A stretch of DNA of 64,000 bases, from NCBI GenBank assembly GCA_964649665.1, contig CAZYPU010000001.1, positions 16,428-80,427 of the forward strand, given 5' to 3'. Below, one piece after another: positions 49,601-56,600 of the stretch. Source of the DNA: an uncultured Planctomycetia bacterium (lineage in GTDB: Bacteria > Omnitrophota > Gorgyraeia > JABMRN01 > RBG-13-46-9). The notes beneath the pieces are model-generated. The model searched no databases. It had not been told where the DNA came from and saw only the letters and a program-made list of their open reading frames with translations. Within the stretch, counting starts at the first letter, position 1; every line of letters begins with the position of its first letter. The position numbers and the translations under genes were made by a program.

Positions 49601-50536
49601 AAACATTATAAAGCGATACGGAAAATCGTGGAAGAAAGATTCCCGGGTAAAGCGTGCGTGTATTTAATAGCTGACGTCTGCCGGGATAATCTCCTCGTGG
49701 AAATCGAGGCAGTGGCGTATACATACCAAAAGCCTGAAGCCGTAACCGAAGAGACGGTTTTGCAAGAGACAGATCCGCCGAAGGAAGCCGCAAGAAGAGA
49801 AGGTAAGAAAGACCGGCCGGCTGATGAACCGCATGAACCGGGCGTACCGGTTGCAGAAACGAAGGGGAGCCCGGAAGACGTAATGCAATTCTTGAGGAAT
49901 CTTCGGATCCCCAAAGAGCTCGCGCAACGTTTTGTGGAAAGCATAACTTCGCGCGCCTTGGGCAAAAAAGAAATTATTCTGGCGTTCGAGGATGCGATAG
50001 GAAGCGGCAGTGATAAAAGCCCCCTCAGCATCTTCGAGGCGTTGAAAAAACTGAGAAAAAACCCCACATTCTGCCTTCTTCTTAAAAACGTTGACGTTGT
50101 TATTGGTTCATCGAATAGTCTTCATAATAAGCTCCAGCGGCATTTCGCAAAACCCGATACGGAGGTATTCCTGTTCGCGAGGGCAGATTCCAGGGAGAGA
50201 TTGAGAGGGGTAGAAGGCAAGCGAGGCGTGCATTCCTTCTACATAAAAGATAAGGGTTTTAACATAAAAGATAAGGATTTTACCAAAAACGCCTATTATC
50301 CCCTTCTGGAGATAGTGACAATTGCCCTAAAACAGCATATTGCTGATTTAGTTTCGGTCAGCGTTGGGCTCGATAAACTAGGCATAGAGCTTGAGCAATT
50401 GGGAATAGAATCGATACTGGAAGAAGAATCCACGGGTGTTTTGGTTTTCACACTTCTGCCTAACGCGAAAGCGCATGACAAACAAGCCCTTATCAAGCGA
50501 TACGCCGACTTAAAGCGCTTCATCCGCTCTGCGTAG
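37682..50536 (+). CDS. giant modular membrane protein, 4284 aa
   Basis: N-terminal signal-like ...ILWANP; degenerate P-loop (about 38430); GT2 dolichyl-P-sugar synthase-like domain (about 39320-40150, VDDG, YTDLD, DTQ, FAFDTE); HEIMH; TM segments; GNAT (about 41040-41490); 12-13 helical repeats (about 42840-46430); FkbO/Hyg5-like domain (about 48540-49725); ends RFIRSA. Confidence 0.9.
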   Translation: MGQNKSIIFKAICFSLVITFCFENILWANPEAFKKNVSNGTLQVQSKINPIATPELLHQGLIEFSLRYIVQAVDDIANINFPLTPEAPHYAKDIKIVLDFSPPTENKKEGKHKEGDNWIVPCTIFDSRGRYFWTYEAVIHPDKSISWKKKISAESAIVPEPQPPAPPVEEPTLAPQASRPLPNPSAFRDLHRSEEGARWPFGKRQLATQDPRRDSDRVEHALGKTRQRYELTQVMDRIVQGVKEKFGSGFVLAIDGQKATRKTTLSEIMSKGISDISSGDIEVLSYTKGMYERERDYMRVVKRALREKKLVVCEGQSMVQILEEGNIFPDLILYHKANLMTQLYSSFLRSFLLSKAYRERMLDDEKKGLSLLLTLCDWAPFGLIFFIWEVYKIFTEKKSDKETLNELSKRPNCVTLNFSTYKLGGLTIEDVYGIMTSVADSASYPSVATVEHGLISEVPGAPLTAEDYVRQKEKEGAEFILLYSREGRLVRCMSIKEAKYAAGNMEIAGIALRIKEGETQFFEAGRTDFETGKIVESLDYTAEMKEPKKVYFVVPMHKEMKRLLPETKDNPYGEDALRKTVWQLQEGSRINRRFKWQLILVDDGTPGNASAKLAEKLWAEIQEEYASWGETLDPSQVIIEKITPREKKKMKSRKGGAVLRGFNIALKSASPGDYIGYTDLDISTDMRQTGFLLKALAEGDAEVAIGSRWAKGGKGEKVPPSGIVSSKVYNLLVQTLMPPLRGIQDTQRSFKLFTKRAAEEILRHAKDNGFAFDTELLLLAKLLSYRTSEVPIAWIDSPGATTLSMFTDGPKMVWSLFRQRRHMFGKMFRSSYIMTRSGATSGSGEGERPLGLIGKWMLTPEAKFKEDHPGCRAGDITFMARRIDYPERDEIEIKLRARCVPFTEFDNFRRTGVEEIDSALKEFLYAFTSLKVKGVTLYMEPNRYGIYGIGTKDIIAVRGPLRFSKIAKTHEIMHAALDAGALTLKTVIDNIKGGEKALNEYIGKNPRRQVPGMRAHYALRLLFRQRNPIRDKLLTRFLKIIQPVRDFLDIRLFGGLSLAGRAGILAVFAYVLESYVGTNRWLLLSVIAVSSIILVDVWYSLWEKWEKTGELINGLLGTRKGHETLTAEVNEIVFDRYPGRRWIPGNVKEALKLDDPSADTTYIIASFKKSNVPIGYLAFTAKSTDAAITCVNLWINEKHRHKGIALKLLERFLEEAERRQKKSAIFRLKKNEGINLDVVTGLLKAAAALRGARIAIVPTSYGRLIRIWLYKSRPRTQLLSAALPLSLLAIEAAKEEPIIIKPWMEAAFMAGFAFLCLCEIIRKYWDAIKENRAVGYAIERFANLIKWLDDFLPIVFLAAILSFVPCPKVSPSAHAAMVTQPPAAAGVVNTLPVAAQVGAADISSTLLDFISTPVSIGLMIGLIFAILCMMYRKVAAALFNNTCVYIKEMLGDKYIRFWARFQEDREALERLFAESRKTAQKYSSSPQDSVEFYAIECYLIARRKGKVKYIHFSQELAKAFRRDRRFIGRSIAWYRFRVRLKSLWARILLKGEGLAGDGLEDLQKSIRYCESLLRLDTLIYKNREQYARQIFDAIINNPERFPGIKEVPDPDDPGTHMLVYESPNSSGVRNPKDGFIKPLLIPTLTGIAAPAAGAVLAAPYFAEIPTYISDILNWFASIGAGGALSWKTIAILVTFVPLFISIVSAVKGESLSGKYRGIWRERLEKALRKHSKLNKDGVIPDLATLLSIRHKLFRSERASGSLLAILQAYQDLLSGGIIKKPKFAPLHIFVLRDLGFVTDELWAEYEVYITSKNNDEISEPRIKLWHSLVRAVLKKEDMLGKDGTIDDVKKLEGIKPDFFTSRKGRAGINEVYEAFQRAAKKKNIPYRYAHKRKFVLYVLRILGFLTDEMCGIVENIDFTFPSDKLKKKYHAALAPVLRKKDILNEKGKVRDIDALLRVNVKLFRARKEEGKGVSLYSIFISYQKKARLSRIKKPKHATWPCFILYSLGFVTDEVWKGYLSYRRKLLLKRETRAAERQSKPVPFPASFNVTQAQLSGVRKALEKIHVLDEKGMIKSLGAFDSITRQSIVEGGGGPAYGIFKSGIQRTEQALPGGTDLCHYMLYHLGFVSEAVWLEYTQYLKIKEALKKVNMLNRRGKIRDITALLRVNATFLSNQGILGVYLSYVRAHYEFKRDTPKGIKLHYYALYRLGLVTEELLREYKWYIRLEKALRTRLKLDQNGKIRDHATLLSINTNFLEKEGLLEGYRLYMEAHPELAKETPEGTEPHHYLLRHLGLFAKALFTQESEGYAQLKNALKESEKLTPEGEVRDLKALLSINIEFFEKKKVLEAYQSCLKTVAEELPEGAEGCHYVLYSLGLVSGNLWTEYTWYCRLKKALKGAGKLSPEGIIKNLTSLRGIDYAFFNEHGIVRISQFYTRRYPGFWRGIPRGADGWRYLLYNLGFVDDELWQNYLWYAKISVTLKAAGKLDKQGAIRDINTLSNIGAAFFKEHDISGIYQAYLEENPDFIQSVPEGVEPRHYFLFILDFMPDKFLREYKCCSEMKRALEKAGKLNKAGEIPDLATLLGMNKKFFSEIGALPAYEAYLEFYPELEHHAPEKESAECDALHRMGFVSKELYQKYMLHLKVKQILKNSGKLDKTGKFRDIDSFLSVNSGFLREHKILNSADAFFRKNPELMKKMLATADISHCFLYCLGLVSEELWNKYETRCPFKAVLWKERLLDSHRRIRDYDALFSINAAFLKKHGLLSLYQSYVQEHPGFAEKLPEGANPRHYFLYRMYRMGLVSDEVWNGYIKCVTTPEFLKLNDEKRMWYVTRRYCLEAARIIRPGEIIQEAAILLNIREPVFRRKKTKETWREATRYYSRQWEEGLLGKFELENLDIYILKDLGLATASSWDEYLAYSARERAARIEKSAMTARGSVLNRIKGLAVDIQKAIEEGDIASAAAALDMIDKLCEGHGGRISLPEQIKILLDGFREQTSQMIDAGMREFADARREIEKGIYAAYADLVNLVDNIDALANPPVGEEGVEEEDRATHELLIILQFKRESLDSLKTLEDDLEVIRKKITELVGESGNFENTLAARAVIQLEELEEGIPKLPAKIEKLFSRLLGENSGKEEAQEPIEDIEVIVDIEVEPGAAKGPDLEIAADITIEEMPDEEPKTTETENIKERRLDLEFARDLLSMFDSGVPVTEGEIQDEIDYIESNLEAIRGESKKLWETAKMLLERLKKARWIVRIKARKCLAGARKTTEQPSSELIASRTIGGFLRQNPDKTLLQIMPLVVRTGNWVAVEIAIGMIREDETLKLKKDDAAYLAEIEAQLLKAQKAQKGAKKTAKSKPTRNPKDGFIKPLLIPTLTGIAAPAAGAVLAAPYLSKSFGLPLVAGVAIIAIILILYSRYSKEIKALWKMTCINLGDLYEDFSIEIMERLRKDHETFKWLFDYVDELVKLPMSFENAEKLFAVKCYLLIRKKGRVNCDRFLRTLTSALRDDIEYSRQSIVWNNSMIGRKKFWVHLLRRSDDSTTKREIRDLESEIERERILSEMEIEGAQDMLNGKENSVRRIFDLVCANPDFFPGIKKIPDSKNPEIGALAYMPAAPESSVADMGICKHVLLSVSPREETTLEKQTQEALSRAKKLLTDMGYNESAVVKQTVFLRSVSDKAECKEIIEAHYDRGPPPATSYIKEPPADGSDVTIEILAIKGENTNVRRVNEFLTVVEQENLKWAYVAGIEPDETIPDETIEDTYEQALNAFRKMKDVLEENGFNFEDVIRTWIYERDLLKTENGSQRYQLLNDARSEFFNTGDNGKKIHFGRNFRNLIRDPQLKEEILPPASTGIGMSGGTFVMECLALSTTRNDVSITPLENPDQVPAHKYSKKVLRKGRSEEEKTSPMFSRGMVVNIGGYKMTLISGTASIKGPKTVHKRSVKKQTKTTIENILRVIEQAGASLADIPQLRVYIKNSKHYKAIRKIVEERFPGKACVYLIADVCRDNLLVEIEAVAYTYQKPEAVTEETVLQETDPPKEAARREGKKDRPADEPHEPGVPVAETKGSPEDVMQFLRNLRIPKELAQRFVESITSRALGKKEIILAFEDAIGSGSDKSPLSIFEALKKLRKNPTFCLLLKNVDVVIGSSNSLHNKLQRHFAKPDTEVFLFARADSRERLRGVEGKRGVHSFYIKDKGFNIKDKDFTKNAYYPLLEIVTIALKQHIADLVSVSVGLDKLGIELEQLGIESILEEESTGVLVFTLLPNAKAHDKQALIKRYADLKRFIRSA
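42566..42663 (+). repeat. 98-bp intragenic direct repeat, copy 1 (copy 2 at 47747-47844)
   Basis: One mismatch between copies; encodes RNPKDGFIKPLLIPTLTGIAAPAAGAVLAAPY. Confidence 0.95.
47747..47844 (+). repeat. 98-bp intragenic direct repeat, copy 2
   Basis: Matches 42566-42663. Confidence 0.95.
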
Positions 50537-50582
50537 CACGCCGTAACAGCGTGTAAATCAACCCTGTTAGTATTTTCAATAG

Positions 50583-50625
50583 TTACCTTCCTGTGACACT
50601 TGCCCCACTATTTTATGCTATATTA
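50583..50625 (+). promoter_or_regulatory. conserved giant-gene upstream motif, copy 2
   Basis: TTACctTCCTGTGACAC-N14-TATGCTATATTA; ATG 50634 follows 9 nt after TATATT with no SD. Confidence 0.75.
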
Positions 50626-50633
50626 AATCTTAT

Positions 50634-53600
50634 ATGTTGCATATAAAACGTAGTATTTGGGTAAAATTTATAGCAATGGGCATGGCCTGCCTATTTTTTC
50701 TTGACACCATCTCGTGGGCGTATCCCGTTGACCGGTCCGAAATTACCACTCTCGCCGCGCAAAGCATGTTCAACTCCATTCTCGACGCCATTACAAAAAA
50801 GCCCTCCGAACGCTACTCATACCGAAAGCGTCTGGAAAAAGAAATGGTCTGCATTATCGAAATGGCGCTTAGGGCGCTGGATAGGAAGAACCCTGACATT
50901 GACTGGGGAAGCCACCTCAACATTAACGCGGCGCTTAACACGATGCAGCATGACGGGCGTTACCGCAAGCTGATGGAAGTCCTGGATATACCGAGGCGCC
51001 TGGAGGACGAAAAAGGGGAGTACATCGAAATACTCGTAAAAACCACAAGGCCAAGCGGAAGACAAAAAGAATTTACGATTAAATTCCGCGGCGAAAAACT
51101 CGATGACCTCTCTGATCGGGGCAAGATTGAGATTATATCCGCGGAAGGGAATACTGCGCCGGCGCCAAATACGGATATCGAGGCGCCGAAAGGACCGTAC
51201 GGAACCGGGGTAAAAAGGGTTAAGGTACCATTCAAGGAAAAGAATCTGGAGGCGCGAAAAAAGAAAGCGCTTTCCTTTATTAAAATAAAATCCGCCGAAT
51301 ACTGCCACAGTGAACTTTGGGATAATATCTGGAACAGCCTTGTTTATAATGGGGGCGTAGCTGAAATAGGAGCGGTTTTAAAAAGGAAGATAAATCGGGT
51401 TCTGCGCTCGCCCCCGGTGGTTAGGAAAAAAGAAGTTGCCATGGAGGCGGTGAAGAGCCTTGCGACTTCTCTTGCCCTAAAAGAGAACTCCGGCAGCGTT
51501 GACCGCGCGTTAATGCGTGATTTTAGAATAGCGGTTCTTTTATTGCTGGATATCTTTGTGCCGGGCATACATGAGGAATTTAAAAAGCAAGATATTTTGG
51601 ACGGCGAACATTTCTTTCCCGGGATATTCGACCGCCTCTCGATTCGCGGTATCCCTGCCGCCCCGGCCGCAGACATGGCCGAGCCGCAATCGCCAAAACC
51701 TGAAGGCCCAGCGCAGGGGCCGAAAGCCGAATTCATGATTCCGGGCGCGGCGCCGGACATGGGCGCGGCGGCGCTCGGAGCGCTCTGGCCGTTCGGGTTA
51801 GTCGGCGCTCTGCCGAGAACACCGCGGCGCCGGTTCGGGGAGCCCCTTATAGATTCGTTATTTAATCGCGGCAAGCGCTTCATGCAGCCGGCTATCCCGC
51901 CCGAGATGGGCGGCGCCGTAGCCGAGCCGGCATCGCCGAAGCCCGCACATGGGACAGGTACAAGCTCGGATTTGAAAGCGTCCCTACCGTCCTATACCGA
52001 AGAGACCCTGTATGCGCTGGAACAAGCAGGAGGCAATCAGGCAAAAGCAGCCGGCATACTTAACATAGGCCTATCAGCTGTCTCAGAGAGAAAAAGCCGC
52101 ATAAGACGAGTCGCCGTCAAAATAAACGATAATGCCACGCTCAAACGGCTGCTACCCCTACCGTCCTATACCGAAGAGACCCTGGAGGCGCTGAAAAAAG
52201 TAGGGGGTAATCAAGTAAAAGCAGCTCGTGTGCTTAGTATAATCCAACAAACTGTTTCACAGAGAATAATCGCCATAAGACGGGCCGCCGCCAGAATAGG
52301 CGATAAGGCCACGCTTGAACGACTTGCTAAAGCGCTATTATCATTACCTGCTTATACCGAAGCAACCCTGGAGGCGCTGGAACAATCGCAAGGCAAGCAG
52401 AAAGAAGCAGCCGGTATACTTAAGATAAGCCAAGCAACTGTTTCACGAAGAATAAGCGCCATAAGATCAATCGCCACCAGAATAGACGATAAGACTACAC
52501 TTGAACGGTTTAATGAAGTGTTAAAAGTCTCAAAAGGCGCCGCCCCAGGCGACAGCGTATCGTCAAGAGGTCGTCAAGGCGCCGCAATCGGCGCGGGACT
52601 TACCACTTTAAGCTGGCAGGCGGGATTATGCTTCTTCGCGTTCCTATTCGTTTATGAGATCGCCCGGCAGGTCTGGTATGCGAGATTCTACAAGAATTTA
52701 CTCGATAGCCACCCCAAGGCTACGCGAATAATCAATTCCTTCTTCTCAAGCTCCTTCCATTTCCCGCGGGTCATAGAAGATTTTATAAAGAACCATATCA
52801 CGCAGCCGTTACTGAATATATTCTCAAGAATAAGATTTCAAAGCCCGATCGTGCAGGTCCGATTAGCCGGCATTGGCCGCACGATTACCGTTTTCAGAAT
52901 GCCGGTGGAACTAATGATGTCTGAGAAATCGCCGCAGAAGCCGCCGGGCCATGCGCTAGGAGAGCTGCCGGCGTCCACCGCAGTCCCGTCCGAGCCGCTA
53001 GGCGCGCCGGAGGGAGCACACTCCCAACCTGACAAACTCGAACAGGTTAGGATCTTGTTGCGCACGCTCATCCAAAAAATAAATTTATTCTTTTTTGGAA
53101 TATTTTCGCAAAAGAAACAATCGCGCGAAGTTGGCCTTGAAGATTTGGTTTTTGAAAGGGCCGTTATAATCGGCGAAGGATCGTTCTCCCGTGTATTCAG
53201 AGTCCCGCATAAAGACAATGGCGTCGATTACGCGTTAAAACTTTATTGCAAGGCGCCTCCGGGTTATTCTCTGAAGAGCGCCGTTGAATTGATCGATTAT
53301 CAAATGCGCATCGCCCGCGAGTATCCGCAACTGATTAAATCCGGAATCATGCCCAAGTATTTTACAAAAGGCAGTTGTTATTTTGACGGCGATAGGCTCA
53401 GCCTTGCACCAATAAGCGAAAAAGCATACCCATGCCTGCTGATGGAGTATATCAAGGGAGATGATCTATCTTCTCTATCAGATCTGGATTATCACGTAGG
53501 GACAAAACTTGTTAGGGATGCATTGGCGGAGGGGCAAGACCAATATATTATCGCTGCCCTATATAATATTCTGCGTGATAAGCTGGACGAGGCATATTCT

Positions 53601-56600
53601 ATAGCGCAGGCAGTTAATGCCTGTCATAGCGCAGAGCCTCATGGCACTTTTCCCGGGGGATTACTGATTAAGGAGCTCAAGCCGACTAACATTAAAGTAC
53701 GGCCAGACAAAACCGTTTGCCTGGTGGATCTCGAAAGTGCGGTCCCGCTAAATTATGACTGGGTGCGTAATCCTTCCGGAGTGCCGCCGGTAGCGAGACT
53801 GGTGATGACCAGCGCTTTCAGCGAGGATAAAAACGCTTTTAAAGACAAATCCAAAGCGGGCTTAATCCTCTTAGGGCAAAAATTGGATGTGCCGTGGGAT
53901 ATTTATAGTTTTGGCGTGGTATTATCGAGGATGCTGCATGAATATAACATAACGCTGGATGACGCCGCAGAGATTAAGGAAGCAGCAGTACAAACCGATA
54001 CGATGAGAAGGTTCTTGGAAAGAGCAGAATTTGCCAAGGGACAATTTAAGCGGTCGATCGCCGGCATGAAGGAGATTATAAAGAAATGCACGATAAAAGA
54101 TCGAACGAAGCGCTACCGGGATATGGGCGAGGTCATCGAGGCGCTTAAAGATTGCATTGGCGTGGTTGATAAAGAATTCAGGGGCAAAATTCCCGCTGAG
54201 CTGCCGTCGCAGGAACCGCGCGGCACCACGTCCCAAGAGAGCATTGAGCCTAAAGCAGCCGCGGCCGAGCCGCCGGCGCCGCGAGTCGCGCCAAAGGCGA
54301 CAGAGCCATTGCCGGAAACTGCAGGAACAAATTCAGGCCCAGATTCGAAATCGCCTCTGTCCCCGTCTATGCTTCCGGGCGGGGAAGAACAGCCGTATAA
54401 GCCCGGCCAATACGTATACGAACACCCGTATAAGTGGTTTTTAATTTCCGCAGCAGGGTTGTCAGCCAATTTGCTTGCGGCGGCCTTATGCCTGGTCCCG
54501 GCTATATTGATTTCATCTTCCATCAACCTTTCCACGCCACCGCTTATAGCGCTCGGCGGCGCGCTATTATATTGCGCAGGCGCTCTGAACGCGATAATAT
54601 TTGCCGTTAACATTCTCGAAGCCGGCATGGCGTTTATCCGGGGAGACGTTGTGGTAAAAGACATCCCGTCGGAAACGGATAAAATTAAAAAATACCTTTA
54701 TACCGCCAGCATACCGCACGAACTGGGCCACTATCTTATGGCGAGGTTATTCGGATTAAATGTGAAATTTTCCACAATCGGGGTTGATTGTAAAGATATC
54801 GACGTGTTTGAAGTAACCGATTATACGAATATGCGCTACGCGATTAATATGATGAAAGAACGCGGCCTTTTCCCATTCTCAAGCTCGCAACCCGGCAAAT
54901 TTAATCGGGTTAAAATCGGGGGGAGTAATGAATTCGTTTTTAATGTTACCGAAAAAGACAGATATTTGTTAGAGCAAATGGTTCGGGCCTGGGCTTCGGA
55001 GAAAAGCCTTGACGCCGGCATTGAAGTGACAATGGATAACCGTCTCATCAACGTTTATAAAGGCCATGACCAGTACGCAATTCTGAGTTATTCGGTGGGG
55101 ATGGGAGAAAATTCAGAAATTGAAATCACTATCTATAATCAACGCGTAGAGTATCCATATAAAAGTCAGGGATTGATGGCGCTTTTACAAACCTATATCT
55201 TTTATCTGTCTAAATCGGACAAAGTCACTTATTGGAACATAGAAGGTACGGACGGAAAGGTATTCGCGAAAACAATGGAGGATAAAGGTATCTTAACGGA
55301 TGTAAAATACAAGAAAACTTCCCGCCTCGAAGATCATACCGAAGTGCGCTATGCGGAAGCGAGCATTAATAAAAACGTAGTGGCACAAAGAGCCAAGGAC
55401 TATCCGTTCGCGGCCGAGCCGCCGTCGCCGCAGGGTCCGAAAGCCGAATTCATGGTCCCGGGCGCGGCGCTGGATACAGGCGCGGCGGCGCTCGGAGCGC
55501 TCTGGCCGCTCGGGTTAGTCGGCGCTCTGCCGAGAACACTGCGGCGCCGGTTCGGGGAGCCCTTTATGGATTCGATATTTAACCGCGGCAGGTGCTTTAT
55601 GCAGCCGGCTATCCCGCCCGAGATGGGTGGCAGCGCGACCGAGTGCGAGGCGCCGAAGCCTGTGAATATTAGCGCTGAAAAAAAGGAGGCGTTTTTTAAT
55701 GAATTAGGTATAGGAGAGGAAGCCCTCGCAGCCGCTATCTTGAAATCCCCTACACTCGCAGGGCTTAACCCAGCCCGTGTAAGGAGGGCCTGGAGAGATA
55801 AATTAGGCATAGAAAAAGAAGCCCTCGCGGCCGCTATCTTGAAATGGCCTAAAATTGCAGGCTATAATGTTCCAAATAATATCAAGCCGAAACTGCAGAT
55901 TCTCAAGATGTTTAATGTCGGAAAAAATAAAATAATGGACTTCCTTATCAGGATAGTTGATTTTAACAGCAAGGCATTGGAATTTATTTTAGAGGCCTCA
56001 AAAGCGTCTTCTTTTGAGATAAAAGACATCAAGACATTAATAAGGATCTATAGAAAACTGAATAAAGCTGTCAAAGCTAAGACAAAAGTTACACTTGCCG
56101 GATGGTTCCGGGAACGAATAACCGATGATATTAATTTGACGGTGAAGCCAATTCTGTCGGATATTATAACCGAATTGCAGTCAGAAGAGACTGTGGATGA
56201 GGATTTGTGGGCAATGATAAAAGAAGCGAAGGCAATATTTGAGAGACAAGAAGAGAATGCCGTTGCCAGAGGCGAAAGAGAAGAACCTCGTAAATTTTCT
56301 CCTATTGCCTTATTTAGAATAGATTCGGCCCTTTACTATAGAGCCAGAAGAATAGGAATGTTGCGCAGGCTGCATTATATTAAACCCAGGTTAGGGTTGC
56401 GCAAGGAAGATACCGGCAGGCTTATTCAGGAGATAATGAAAGCAGAAGAAGAGTTTGACCGGCGTGAAGAGCGGGATGTCCGACGAGGATTTAGGGACAG
56501 CGCCCGCCCATGGATTCGTAGAAGGCTTTGGGAAATCAACCCATACCTGTATGATTTTTTACATAATCATAGGCCGGATTTACTCAAAACCTGCGTGCCT

